DNA from: an uncultured Halobacteria archaeon
GTDB taxonomy: Bacteria > Pseudomonadota > Gammaproteobacteria > UBA9214
Length of the DNA: 64,000 bases
Direction: 5' to 3'
NCBI GenBank assembly: GCA_963847565.1
Contig: CAWKAE010000021.1
Span: 3,303 to 67,302, forward strand
How positions within the stretch are numbered: position 1 is the stretch's first letter; each line of letters starts with the position of its first letter. Below the pieces are notes generated by a model. The model saw nothing but the letters and a program-made list of their open reading frames with translations, was not told where the DNA came from and did not search any database. Position numbers and translations under genes: made by a program. Below, piece after piece: positions 46,361 through 58,549 of the stretch.

Positions 46361-47128
46361 ATGCCCGTCACCATCAAAACGCCCGAAGAAATCGAGAAAA
46401 TGCGCGTGGCCGGCCGCCTGGCGGGTGAAGTCCTGCGAATGATCCGGCCGCACGTCGTACCCGGCGTCAGCACGGATGAACTGGACCGCATCTGTCACGA
46501 TTACATCGTCAACGAACAGCAGGCCATCCCCGCCCCGCTCAATTATCGCGGTTTCCCGAAATCGATCTGCACCTCGGTCAACCATGTCGTCTGCCACGGG
46601 ATACCGGGCAACAAGGTGTTGAAGAAAGGCGACGCCATCAACATCGACATCACCGTCATCAAGGATGGCTTCCACGGAGACACCAGCAAGATGTTTTTTG
46701 TCGGCGAGCCTAAAGTTGCTGCCGAGCGGCTGGCGCGCATCAGTCATGAATGCATGCGTATCGGTATCGACCTGGTGAAACCCGGCGTGCGACTCGGCGA
46801 TATCGGCCATGCGATACAGCAGCACGCAGAATCCAACCACTGCTCGGTGGTGCGCGAGTACTGCGGTCATGGTATCGGTCGCGAATTTCACGAGGACCCC
46901 CAGGTCCTGCACTACGGCAAACCCGGGACCGGCATGGCCATCGAGGCCGGCATGACATTCACGATCGAGCCGATGGTGAACGCCGGCAAGCGCCACACTC
47001 GCCTGCTGCCGGACGGCTGGACCGTTGTCACCAAGGACCACAGCCTGTCGGCGCAGTGGGAGCACACCATCCTGGTAACCGCCGACGGCCATGATGTCCT
47101 GACCTGCGTACCCGGCGACGACATCTGA
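46361..47128 (+). CDS. map: type I methionine aminopeptidase
   Basis: 255 aa with conserved metal-ligand regions. It is divergent from rpsB and followed by glnD. Confidence 0.95.
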   Translation: MPVTIKTPEEIEKMRVAGRLAGEVLRMIRPHVVPGVSTDELDRICHDYIVNEQQAIPAPLNYRGFPKSICTSVNHVVCHGIPGNKVLKKGDAINIDITVIKDGFHGDTSKMFFVGEPKVAAERLARISHECMRIGIDLVKPGVRLGDIGHAIQQHAESNHCSVVREYCGHGIGREFHEDPQVLHYGKPGTGMAIEAGMTFTIEPMVNAGKRHTRLLPDGWTVVTKDHSLSAQWEHTILVTADGHDVLTCVPGDDI

Positions 47129-47132
47129 TCAA

Positions 47133-49814
47133 TTGACATCCATGTCCCGACAGCAGGCGAGCAGTCACAAGTCGGCGGATTACGCTGACTGGTACGACCT
47201 GACAGCACTGGCAGAGGAGCCGTCCACGGTCAACGCCATGCTCCACTCGCTGAAGCAGTGCCTGGCCGATGGCAACCGTGTCGTCGCTGCGCGCTTTACC
47301 CGGGGTGTCGCAACAAATCAGCTGCTGGCGGCACGCTCGTGGCTGGTCGACCGCGTATTACAGTACTGCTGGACGTACTTCATGGGTAGTGATGCCGATG
47401 CTCTGGCACTGGTGGCCGTTGGTGGTTATGGCCGCAGCGAACTCATGCCGGGATCAGACATCGACCTGATGCTGCTGATGCCGGACGCGGTTACACCACG
47501 CATCAACAGCCAGGCAGAAGCACTGATCACCTTCCTGTGGGATATCGGACTGGAAGTCGGCCACAGCGTACGCACCATCGCGGACTGCATCGAGCAGTCA
47601 CAGGCCGACATCACCGTGGTCACCAACCTGATGGAATCACGCTTACTGGCCGGCTCCAGGGAACTGTACAGTGACATGCAGGCGGCGACAGCGCCGGACA
47701 AGTTATGGAACAGCCGCGAATTCTTCGAAGCCAAGTTAAACGAACAGCACAATCGCCACCGTAAATATCACGACACCGGCTATAACCTCGAACCGAATAT
47801 CAAGGAAGGACCCGGCGGCCTGCGTGACATACAGATGATCACCTGGGTCACCAAGCGACATTTCGGCACGGCCTCGCTCGAGGAGCTGGTGGAACGTGAC
47901 TTTCTTACGCTGCCTGAATACGAGACGCTCGTCGAGGGGCGTGACCTGCTGTGGAAAACCCGCTTCGCGCTGCATACGCTGACCGGACGTACAGAAGACC
48001 GCTTGCTGTTCGACTACCAGCGCACCCTCGCCGAACAGGCCGGTTACCACAATGATGAGAAGCGCCTCGGCGTTGAGGCCTTTATGCGTGAGTACTACCG
48101 CACCATCATGGAACTCAGCCGCCTGAATGAAATGCTGCTGCAATTATTTCACGAGGAAATTCTTTACCCGGAAGGCCCGGGCGAACCGGTACCGCTGAAC
48201 AAGCGCTTCCAGGCAAGCAACGGTTACCTGGAAGCCGTCAATGCAGGCATATTCAGCTACAACCCGATTGCGCTGCTGGAAATGTTCCTGGTACTGGCGC
48301 AACACCCGGAACTCAAGGGCGTACGCGCCGACACCATACGTGCCATCCGTACACACCGCGACCTGATTGACGATGAATTCCGCAACGATATCAGGGCACG
48401 CAGCCTGTTCATGGAAATACTTCGCCAACCGCACGGGGTTACACATGAACTGCGGCGCATGAATACCTATGGCGTGCTGGCTGCCTACCTGCCTGCTTTC
48501 GGATGTATTGTGGGATTAATGCAGTATGACCTGTTCCACACCTACACGGTTGATGAACACATCCTGAGAGTTGTCCGTAACCTGCGGCGCTTTACCGTCC
48601 ATGAGCATGCAACGGAGTTCCCTCTCTGCAGTCATGTCATCGGCACCATACCGAAACCGGAGCTGCTGTATATCGCCGGCCTGTTCCATGATATCGCCAA
48701 GGGACGTGGCGGCGATCACTCGGAGCTGGGCAAAGTCGACGCGCGTGAATTTTGCGAGCGGCATGACCTGAGCGAATACGATACTGACCTCGTTACCTGG
48801 CTGGTCCAACAGCACCTGTTGATGTCATCAACTGCCCAACAACAGGACATTGACGACCCGGTCGTCGTCAACCGCTTTGCCGAGACCGTGAACGACACGA
48901 TACGCCTGGACTATCTCTACCTGCTCACGGTCGCTGACATCCGCGCCACCAACCCCGGGATGTGGAATAACTGGAAGGACGCACTGCTCAAACAACTTTA
49001 CTACAATACCCGCCGCGCACTGCAACGCGGCTTGCAGGACCCGCTACAGCGCTCCGAACAGATACAGTCAGTCAAAGCGGCTGCGCTTGATGAGCTTGGT
49101 GGAGATACACACCCCGCAATATGGGAGCAGCTCGGTGACGAATATTTCCTGCGCCACATACCCGCACAGATCGCCGCTCACACACGGCTGCTGGAGCAGC
49201 ACGACCGGGACAGCGGCTGCCTGGTCAATGTTGAACCGGACAGCGAGCGTGGTGGCACCGAAATTTTCATCTATGCCAGACTGCAGGAGCGCCTGTTCAG
49301 CCGCATCACTTCTGTCATTGAACAGCTGGGACTGAACGTGGTCGACGCCGGTGTGATCACCATGAAAGACCATTACATCCTCGATACGTTTCATGTGCTG
49401 GAAGCGGACGGGCAGCCGGTAACCGGTGATCACCGCATGAATGAAATCCATACAACACTCAAGCACGCCCTTGATGGCGATACGGACCATAGCTGGCATG
49501 TCTCGCGACGCCTGCCACGCACGCATAAACATTTCCCCATCAAGACGCACATCGCCTTCAGGCAGGACATGGACGACCAGCGGACGGTAATGGAACTGAT
49601 CACCGCGGACCGTCCCGGCCTGCTGTCACGGGTCGGACGCGCATTTGCCGACTGCGGAGTCAGGCTATGGAATGCCAAGATCGCCACGCTGGGTTCGCGC
49701 GCCGAAGACTTCTATTACATCACCGACCTGAACAACAGGCCGCTGACGGAACAACAGCTTGAATGTCTTGAAAAGTCCGTGAAGAAATACCTGGAACAGG
49801 ACGACAGCCGATAA
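47133..49814 (+). CDS. glnD: bifunctional [protein-PII] uridylyltransferase/uridylyl-removing enzyme
   Basis: 893 aa with nucleotidyltransferase, HD (FHDIAKGRGGDH) and two C-terminal ACT domains. Confidence 0.95.
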   Translation: MTSMSRQQASSHKSADYADWYDLTALAEEPSTVNAMLHSLKQCLADGNRVVAARFTRGVATNQLLAARSWLVDRVLQYCWTYFMGSDADALALVAVGGYGRSELMPGSDIDLMLLMPDAVTPRINSQAEALITFLWDIGLEVGHSVRTIADCIEQSQADITVVTNLMESRLLAGSRELYSDMQAATAPDKLWNSREFFEAKLNEQHNRHRKYHDTGYNLEPNIKEGPGGLRDIQMITWVTKRHFGTASLEELVERDFLTLPEYETLVEGRDLLWKTRFALHTLTGRTEDRLLFDYQRTLAEQAGYHNDEKRLGVEAFMREYYRTIMELSRLNEMLLQLFHEEILYPEGPGEPVPLNKRFQASNGYLEAVNAGIFSYNPIALLEMFLVLAQHPELKGVRADTIRAIRTHRDLIDDEFRNDIRARSLFMEILRQPHGVTHELRRMNTYGVLAAYLPAFGCIVGLMQYDLFHTYTVDEHILRVVRNLRRFTVHEHATEFPLCSHVIGTIPKPELLYIAGLFHDIAKGRGGDHSELGKVDAREFCERHDLSEYDTDLVTWLVQQHLLMSSTAQQQDIDDPVVVNRFAETVNDTIRLDYLYLLTVADIRATNPGMWNNWKDALLKQLYYNTRRALQRGLQDPLQRSEQIQSVKAAALDELGGDTHPAIWEQLGDEYFLRHIPAQIAAHTRLLEQHDRDSGCLVNVEPDSERGGTEIFIYARLQERLFSRITSVIEQLGLNVVDAGVITMKDHYILDTFHVLEADGQPVTGDHRMNEIHTTLKHALDGDTDHSWHVSRRLPRTHKHFPIKTHIAFRQDMDDQRTVMELITADRPGLLSRVGRAFADCGVRLWNAKIATLGSRAEDFYYITDLNNRPLTEQQLECLEKSVKKYLEQDDSR

Positions 49815-49890
49815 ACACCGGGCGGCACGGCCGTCATCTTCACGCTGGCTCTTTTTCAGAACAGCCTGCGCGACGCCATCGTCCCGGTCT

Positions 49891-50292
49891 CTATGTCCCG
49901 TTTGCCGCAGCACCATCCGGTTGTTCGACCAATTCAATAGCATTGCCATCCGGGTCGCGGCAGAACAGCGCCCGGCGCCCCGAGCGACTGAGGGTGTATG
50001 CAATACCGGCATTATCCAGCGCACTGATCAGTGCATCCAGATCATGCACGTCCAGCGCGACGTGGTGATCGCGTCCGCCGTGCGCCGGGTGCCGGCGCCC
50101 TTTGTCGGGCGATGACAACTCCAGCAAATGTATCTGCTGGTGCATACCAAGATCCAGCCAGGCGCCCGGGAATTCGAGATCCGGCCGATCCTGACTGACT
50201 GGCAATCCGAGTACATCGTGATAGAACGCCAGCGCGCGCTGCGTGTTTTCAACGAGCAGACTGACATGGTTAAGCCGCAGGATACCCGTCAT
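49891..50292 (-). CDS. VOC (glyoxalase/bleomycin-resistance/dioxygenase) family protein
   Basis: 133 aa with a paired beta-alpha-beta-beta-beta pattern and the motif LNHVSLLV...HVALDV. Confidence 0.8.
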   Translation of the reverse strand: MTGILRLNHVSLLVENTQRALAFYHDVLGLPVSQDRPDLEFPGAWLDLGMHQQIHLLELSSPDKGRRHPAHGGRDHHVALDVHDLDALISALDNAGIAYTLSRSGRRALFCRDPDGNAIELVEQPDGAAANGT

Positions 50293-51146
50293 GTGTCATC
50301 CCCTGCATGAATGCGTGCAGCCAGCCAGGCAGCCATGATTATCATGCCGCCACCGATCCATTCGCGTGCCAGGATAATCTCATCCGTGAGCAGCAGCGCC
50401 GAGATGGCACCGGCCACCAGTTCGAACAGCAGGATAACCGCCGAGCGATGCACCGGCATTCGGGTCACGCCATACAACACCGTCACTGTCATGATGAGAA
50501 ATCCACACAGGCCCAGCAGGGCTGCCCAGCCGAAAACGGGCAAGCCGACGTCCGGCATCCCGGCACCGCTGATGACAATCCAGGCGATCGCAACAAAGAC
50601 ATTGCCACTCCAGCTGCAGGTCGATTTCAGCAACACACCGACTGCCTGCATACGCCGCACGAATACGTTACTCAGGGCAAAGGCGAAACCGGCTGACACG
50701 GCCAGCCAGTCGGCACGATCCGTCGGCCAGGGCAGGCCAATGTCCGTATTCCAGAGCATGATGAATGCGCCGATCACCGCGATGACGAACACCTGCAGGG
50801 AGCGCGCATCCAGTCTCTCATCCAGCATCAGCCAGCCGAGACAGACCGCCCAGAACGGTGACAGGTAGAACAGCAGCAACACCCGCACCACATTGCCGTC
50901 AATGACGGCAATAATGAAGGCCACGTTGGTCCAGCCCGCACTCAACCCCATTAACAGCAACGGCCAGGCGTTGCGCTTGAGCGAATCGATATCCCGGATA
51001 AAAACCCAGAGAAACAGGCAGAGTATTACGCCATAACTGACCAGCGCACTCCACGCCCCGGACAGGCCCTGCTCTTCGAGCAGGCGCAGTGGATACCACA
51101 CCACGCCCCACAGGGTAGCGGCAAACAGCAGGCTGAGAACCGGCAA
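50289..51146 (-). CDS. EamA/DMT-family transporter
   Basis: 285 aa with about 10 TM segments. It has a TTG start and its stop overlaps the VOC gene start. Confidence 0.8.
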   Translation of the reverse strand: MPVLSLLFAATLWGVVWYPLRLLEEQGLSGAWSALVSYGVILCLFLWVFIRDIDSLKRNAWPLLLMGLSAGWTNVAFIIAVIDGNVVRVLLLFYLSPFWAVCLGWLMLDERLDARSLQVFVIAVIGAFIMLWNTDIGLPWPTDRADWLAVSAGFAFALSNVFVRRMQAVGVLLKSTCSWSGNVFVAIAWIVISGAGMPDVGLPVFGWAALLGLCGFLIMTVTVLYGVTRMPVHRSAVILLFELVAGAISALLLTDEIILAREWIGGGMIIMAAWLAARIHAGDDT

Positions 51147-51295
51147 AAACCGATTTTCCGGTGCGTGGTCGATGATTTCCTCCCGGTCACGGGTTAATGC
51201 CGTGACAATAATCCATTATACTTCTGCGCCTTATCCAAACAGGCAACAAGGGAAATTGCAAACCGGCAACACCGGCAGGCAATCACTACAACACG

Positions 51296-52492
51296 ATGAA
51301 CCCTGACTTGGCACGGCTGCAGCCCTACCCGTTCGAACGGCTGGCGGCTTTATTCAAAAACACGTCGCCGCCACACAAGCTGCACGAGATTCCGCTCTCG
51401 ATCGGCGAACCGCGGCATACCACGCCCGGCTTTATCGCCGAGGCATTGCTGGAACACCTGCATGGCCTGGCGCGCTATCCGCTGACGCGCGGCAGTGATG
51501 AATTACGCACGGCCATTGCCAGCTGGTTAACCGGTCGCTTCGCCCTGCCCGCCGGGCGCATGGATCCTGCGCGGAATATTTTACCGGTCAACGGCACCCG
51601 CGAGGCACTGTTTGCATTCGCACAATGTATCGTCGATCGCACCGACAATCCCGTCGTTCTCATGCCGAACCCCTTTTACCAGATCTACGAGGGCGCCGCC
51701 CTGCTGGCCGGTGCTGAACCGTATTTCATGAACACCACACGTGCGAGCGCGTACCGACCTGACCTGGATGCCGTACCCGAGGCTGTCTGGTCACGTTGTC
51801 AGCTCGTCTATATTTGCACGCCGGGTAATCCGAGTGGCGCCGTCATGCCGCTTGAACAATTGCAGCAACTGATCGAACTGGCCGACCGGCACGATTTTGT
51901 CATCGCCGCCGACGAATGTTATGCGGAGATATACCCGAATGACAGCACACCGCCCCCCGGCCTGTTGCAGGCAGCGGCTGCCATGGGCCGTGACGACTTC
52001 CGTCGTTGCATGGTATTCCACAGCCTGTCAAAGCGCTCGAATGCGCCCGGCCTGCGCTCGGGCTTTGTCGCCGGCGATCATGCACTGATTGAAAACTTCC
52101 TGCGCTACCGGACCTACCATGGCTGCGCCATGCCACCAGCCACCCAGGCGGCCAGCATCCGCGCCTGGACAGATGAGCAGCACGTCATGGAGAACCGCAA
52201 GCTCTACGACGAGAAGTTTTCCGCCGTCATCGATATCCTTGCGCCGCACCTCGATGTGCACGCACCGGATGCCGGCTTTTACCTGTGGCCGCAAACACCG
52301 ATCGATGATGCCGACTTTGCCCGCGGGCTGTGGTCGCAGCAGCATGTCAAGGTATTGCCCGGCAGCTACCTGTCACGCGACAGCGGTGACGGCAACCCCG
52401 GGCAGCGACACATACGCATGGCGCTGGTTGCCCCGCTGGAGGACTGCATAGAGGCTGCACGACGCATTAAATCCTACATTCAGACCCTGTAG
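51296..52492 (+). CDS. dapC: succinyldiaminopimelate transaminase (DapC-type class I aminotransferase)
   Basis: 398 aa with an SLSKRSNAPGLRSG PLP-lysine motif. It lies immediately upstream of dapD. Confidence 0.8.
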   Translation: MNPDLARLQPYPFERLAALFKNTSPPHKLHEIPLSIGEPRHTTPGFIAEALLEHLHGLARYPLTRGSDELRTAIASWLTGRFALPAGRMDPARNILPVNGTREALFAFAQCIVDRTDNPVVLMPNPFYQIYEGAALLAGAEPYFMNTTRASAYRPDLDAVPEAVWSRCQLVYICTPGNPSGAVMPLEQLQQLIELADRHDFVIAADECYAEIYPNDSTPPPGLLQAAAAMGRDDFRRCMVFHSLSKRSNAPGLRSGFVAGDHALIENFLRYRTYHGCAMPPATQAASIRAWTDEQHVMENRKLYDEKFSAVIDILAPHLDVHAPDAGFYLWPQTPIDDADFARGLWSQQHVKVLPGSYLSRDSGDGNPGQRHIRMALVAPLEDCIEAARRIKSYIQTL

Positions 52493-52537
52493 CAGGTATT
52501 ATTACTGCTTTGTGAATTTACCCGGAGAGATCGAGCA

Positions 52538-53359
52538 ATGAGCGACATACAGTCCACCATCGAAGAGGCTTTTGAACGGCGCGCGGATATCACGCCACGC
52601 AGCGTGGAAACACACGTCAAGGAAGCCACGCTGGAAGCGATCGACATGCTCGACCGGGGTGTTGCGCGGGTTGCCGAAAAGAAGGACGGCGGCTGGGTGG
52701 TCAACGACTGGCTCAAGAAAGCGGTGCTGTTGTCATTTCGAATCGAAGATAATGCCTTTATCAAGGGTGGCTTCACCAACTACTACGACAAGGTGCCGTC
52801 AAAGTATGCCGACACCAACTCGCGCGAGTTCCGCGACGGTGGTGTCCGCGTGGTACCGCCGGCGACCGCACGCCGGGGCGCCTTCATCGCCTCGGGCGTT
52901 GTACTGATGCCGTCCTATGTCAATATCGGTGCCTATGTCGACAGCGGCACCATGGTGGATACCTGGGCCACCGTCGGCTCCTGTGCACAGATCGGCAAAA
53001 ACGTACACCTCTCGGGCGGTGTCGGCATCGGCGGTGTACTGGAACCGATTCAGGCAGCGCCGACCATCATTGAAGATAACTGTTTCATCGGTGCCCGCTC
53101 GGAAGTCGTGGAAGGCGTCATTGTGGAAGAAGGCTCGGTCATCTCCATGGGTGTTTACATCGGGCAGAGTACGCGCATTTACGACCGGGAGAAGGATGAA
53201 GTCATGTATGGCCGCGTACCGGCCGGTTCGGTGGTGGTCTCCGGCAACCTGCCATCGAAAGACGGCAAGTACAGCCTGTACTGCGCCGTTATCGTCAAAC
53301 GAGTCGACGAGAAAACCCGTTCCAAGGTCGGCATCAACGCACTGCTGCGCGATATCTGA
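52538..53359 (+). CDS. dapD: 2,3,4,5-tetrahydropyridine-2,6-dicarboxylate N-succinyltransferase
   Basis: A full-length 273-aa DapD with hexapeptide repeats. Confidence 0.95.
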   Translation: MSDIQSTIEEAFERRADITPRSVETHVKEATLEAIDMLDRGVARVAEKKDGGWVVNDWLKKAVLLSFRIEDNAFIKGGFTNYYDKVPSKYADTNSREFRDGGVRVVPPATARRGAFIASGVVLMPSYVNIGAYVDSGTMVDTWATVGSCAQIGKNVHLSGGVGIGGVLEPIQAAPTIIEDNCFIGARSEVVEGVIVEEGSVISMGVYIGQSTRIYDREKDEVMYGRVPAGSVVVSGNLPSKDGKYSLYCAVIVKRVDEKTRSKVGINALLRDI

Positions 53360-53367
53360 ACCGCACC

Positions 53368-54842
<1,475 letters not shown>

Positions 54843-54850
54843 GCGCGCCC

Positions 54851-55753
54851 ATGCGATCACGGACAGACGAGCGGCAATACACAACGCGCAAGGTAGCCGC
54901 CCTACCCGGCCTGCTGCTCATGGTTACCCTGCTGAGCGCCTGCTCGATGGGCCAGATGGTCGTCCGCAGCTCGGCAGCCATTCTCGACAGCGGCATCGAC
55001 GCCATGAACCGCGAGACTGACCTGCAGCTGGCACGCGACGCCATGCCCGCCAACATCAAGCTCATCGAAGGCATGCTGATCGAAGACCCCGGCAACAAGG
55101 AACTGCGCCTGTATGCCGCGCAGGGTTTTTACGGTTACAGCTATGGTTTCATCGAAGACGAAGATCGCGCACGGGCCGGACTGCTTTATCGCCGCTGCTA
55201 CACACACGCACTGACGGTGCTGGCGCAGTCCGGCATGCCACTGGATCCGGAACATACCAGCGCCGAACAGCTGACCACCGCGATCGGGCGACTCGATCGC
55301 AGCGCCGTGCCGGCACTGTTCTGGACAGCCTCCTGCCTCGGCAAGTGGATCGACCTCAATCGCGACAGCGTCCGCAGTATCGCCGGCTTCAGTAATGCCG
55401 CTGCACTCATGCAGGGCGTCCTCGACCTTGACGAAACGTACTACTATGGTGGCGCACACATATTCTTCGGCGTGTTCTACGGTGGGCGTGCGCCGATGCT
55501 TGGCGGCGACTTTACGCGCGCTGAAAAACATTTCCGGCGCGCCGCACAAATCAACGAACAGAAACTGCTGCTGGTGGACCTGTTGAAAGCGGAATACATG
55601 CATCGACAGCAGCTCGATCGCACGGCCTTCCATGACACCCTGGTGAATATCCAGTCGGCAGCGGATGACCTGTATCCCGAAATGGCGCTGGCCAACGCCA
55701 TCGCCAAACAGAAGGCGGCGGCGCTGCTCACACACGAGGATGACTGGTTTTGA
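54851..55753 (+). CDS. TRAP-transporter TatT component (TPR-like lipoprotein)
   Basis: 300 aa with the lipobox LLSAC. It is predicted all-helical with the motif YYYGGAHIFFGVFYGGRAPMLGGDF, and it lies directly upstream of dctPQM-like genes. Confidence 0.7.
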   Translation: MRSRTDERQYTTRKVAALPGLLLMVTLLSACSMGQMVVRSSAAILDSGIDAMNRETDLQLARDAMPANIKLIEGMLIEDPGNKELRLYAAQGFYGYSYGFIEDEDRARAGLLYRRCYTHALTVLAQSGMPLDPEHTSAEQLTTAIGRLDRSAVPALFWTASCLGKWIDLNRDSVRSIAGFSNAAALMQGVLDLDETYYYGGAHIFFGVFYGGRAPMLGGDFTRAEKHFRRAAQINEQKLLLVDLLKAEYMHRQQLDRTAFHDTLVNIQSAADDLYPEMALANAIAKQKAAALLTHEDDWF

Positions 55754-56805
55754 ACCGCGCCGCCTTAAGCGCCTGCTTGTGCTCCTGTCGTTCGTACTGG
55801 TCATTGCATCCAGCCACGGGACAGGCCGCAGCCACCAAAACATACGAACTCAAATTCGCCACACTGGCGCCGGCCGGCACGACCTGGGTGAAACTGCTGG
55901 AAGAATGGGCAGACAAGGTCAGGCAGGAAAGCAACGGTCGGCTGGTATTCAAAATCTATCCCGGCGGCGTACAGGGTGACGAGCCCGACGTCCTGAAAAA
56001 GATCCGCTTTGGTCAGCTGCACGGTGGTGCATTCACCGGCTACGGCATCGGCCGCATTTTCTCGCCCGCACGCGTACTGGAACTGCCGTTCCTGTTCGAG
56101 AACATCTGTGAAATCGATTACGTCCGGGAACAGCTGATGCCCGAGATCAAACAGGGCTACCGGGATAACGGTTATGAAATGCTGGGCTGGATGGAAGTTG
56201 GCTATGTTTATTTCTTTTCCAAGAAGCCTATCCGCTCACTGGAAGACCTGAACAAGGCCCGCCTGTGGTACTGGCAGGGCGACCCGCTCGGCAAGGCGTT
56301 TTTCGATGCCAGCGGCCTGTCGCCGGTGCCACTGTCGATTATTGATGTGTACACCAGCCTGTCCACCGGCATGATTGATACGGTGTACGCACCACCGCTC
56401 GGCGCACTTGCCCTGCAATGGTTTTCCCGGACGAAGTACATTACCAACGTACCGATGGCCAACGGGATCGGCTCGCTGGTTGTCTCGCGCCGCTTTTTCC
56501 AGGGACTGCCGCAGGACCTGCAACTGTTACTGAAGCGCACCGGCCATGAAACCGGTGAGAAACTGGTTGCAGCCACACGCCACGATAATGAAGAAGCACT
56601 GGCGGTTCTGCAGGAACACGGCCTGGTACTGGTAGAGGGCGATGCAGACCTGGTCGGTGGCGAGATCAAGGCGATCAGCGACAAGGCCGGCCAGACACTG
56701 GTAGACAACGGCTACATTCCCGCCGCCCTGATCCGTCGCGTCCGGGAACTGATCCGTCAATATCGCTCCACTGACGAGGCAGCCACGCAGAATGCCGACA
56801 GCTGA
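55740..56805 (+). CDS. TRAP transporter substrate-binding protein (DctP/TatP-like); the N-terminal signal peptide appears to be in another frame
   Basis: The listed ORF 55750..56805 has a DctP-like mature domain. A textbook signal peptide, MTGFEPRRLKRLLVLLSFVLVIASSHG, is encoded from ATG 55740 in the -1 neighbouring frame up to about 55820. Confidence 0.8.
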
Positions 56806-57289
56806 ACCCGGCTGGGTCACCAGCCTGCGACACTCGCTGGTTCGCCTGGACGGCTTCATGGCCTGCCTGTCGCTGTTACTGCTGTTACTGCTGGTCATTG
56901 GCCAGGTGCTGCTGCGCAACCTGTTTGACGGTGGCATACCATACGCGGATATCCTGTCTCGCTACCTGGTACTGTATGTCACGTTCTTTGGCGCGGCGCT
57001 CGCCATCGAGGAACATCGCCACATCAAAATTGATGTACTGACGATATTCTTCGAACCCGACCGTATGCAGGCACTGCGGCGGCCGCTCTACCTGATCTCT
57101 GCCATTATCTGTGTCATCCTGACGCGGGCAGCCATCCGCTTCTGGTATGACGACTGGCTATATGTGGCGGAGCACGAGCGCTGGTCATCCATACTTGCAC
57201 TCATCACGCCCTTCGGCTTTGGCCTGCTCAGCCTCCACTTTCTGCTGGGCGCCGTGTACCCGAAACCCGCGCAGGATACGTCGGCATGA
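56792..57289 (+). CDS. TRAP transporter small permease (DctQ-like)
   Basis: 165 aa with 4 TM segments. It overlaps both neighbouring genes. Confidence 0.8.
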   Translation: MPTAEPGWVTSLRHSLVRLDGFMACLSLLLLLLLVIGQVLLRNLFDGGIPYADILSRYLVLYVTFFGAALAIEEHRHIKIDVLTIFFEPDRMQALRRPLYLISAIICVILTRAAIRFWYDDWLYVAEHERWSSILALITPFGFGLLSLHFLLGAVYPKPAQDTSA

Positions 57290-58549
57290 TTGGCCTGCTG
57301 GTAATTATCATCGTACTGTTCGCGCTGCTCGGCATACCGCTATTTATCGCCCTTGCCGGTGGCAGTCTGCTGGCAACCTGGCAGGCCGGGCTTGATCCGG
57401 CGCTGCTTGCCGTTGAACTTAACCGGCTCGCTGCATCGCCTTACCTCGCCGCAATTCCGCTGTTCACATTTGCCGGCGTGGTACTCGCCGGCGGCGGCGC
57501 ACCCCAGCGCATGATCCAGCTGTTCAACGCCATGGTCGGCTGGCTGCCCGGCGGCATGGCAGCCGTCGCGCTCACCTCGTGCGCATTCTTTACCGCCTTC
57601 TCGGGCGCCTCCGGTGTAACCATCCTGGCGCTGGGTGGCCTGATGTTTCCGATGTTATTGCGCGCCGGCTACGGGGAGCGATTCAACCTGGGCCTGTTAA
57701 CCACGTCGGGCTCGCTCGGCCTGCTGTTCCCGCCGAGCCTGGCCATTCTGCTCTATGGAATCGTGTCGGGTGTCAGCATCGATCAGCTGTTTCTCGCCGG
57801 ACTCGCTCCGGGCCTGCTGCTACTGGTGGTGCTGGGCGTCTACTGCATGTACCACTGCGGTTGCACGGATGTACCGCGTCATAAATTCTCGATGACACCG
57901 TTACTCAAGGCATTACGTGAGGGAATCTGGGACCTGCTATTACCAGTCAGCATTATCGTCGGCATCTTCGGCGGCTTCGTCACCATTAGTGAAGCGGCTG
58001 CCTGTACCGCCGTTTACGTACTCGTGCTCGAAGGCATCATTCATCGCAAGATACACTTTCACCCGCCAGCTGCCGGCACTAATGATAGACACCGCCATCC
58101 TCGTTGGCAGCATCCTCATCATTCTGAGCGTCGCGATGGGGCTGACCAACCTGCTGATTGATGCCCAGCTACCGATGAAGATACTCGGCTGGATCGAACA
58201 GCATATCGAATCGGAACTGCAGTTCCTGATACTGCTCAACCTGTTCCTGCTGATTGTCGGCTGCATGATGGATATCTTCTCTGCAACCGTGGTGGTGGTA
58301 CCCCTGATTCTGCCGATTGCGGCGAGTTACGGTATACACCCCGTACATCTCGGCATTATCTTTCTCGCCAACCTGGAAATCGGCTACAGCACACCACCGG
58401 TGGGCATTAACCTGTTCATCGCCAGCCAGCGTTTCGGCCGGCCGGTACTGTCGCTGTTCCGTGCCGCCCTGCCGTTTCTGCTGTTAATGATTCTATGGCT
58501 GGCGCTGATTACCTATGTACCGTATTTAACGCTGTGGTGGCTGGACTAA
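57286..58549 (+). pseudogene. TRAP transporter large permease (DctM-like), with the frame broken by an apparent 1-nt insertion near 58045-58070
   Basis: ORF 57286..58161 and ORF 57917..58549 (+1 frame) together give a contiguous DctM of about 420 aa. The junction is ...VLEGIIHRKI / TRQLPALMIDTAILVG.... Confidence 0.88.

Noticed and set aside
46349-47092. 247-aa minus-strand ORF opposite map
   Set aside because: It is a shadow ORF. map on the plus strand is full length and conserved.
54902-55843. 313-aa minus-strand ORF opposite the TatT gene
   Set aside because: It is a shadow ORF. The plus-strand product has a lipobox, the TatT signature and an operon context.
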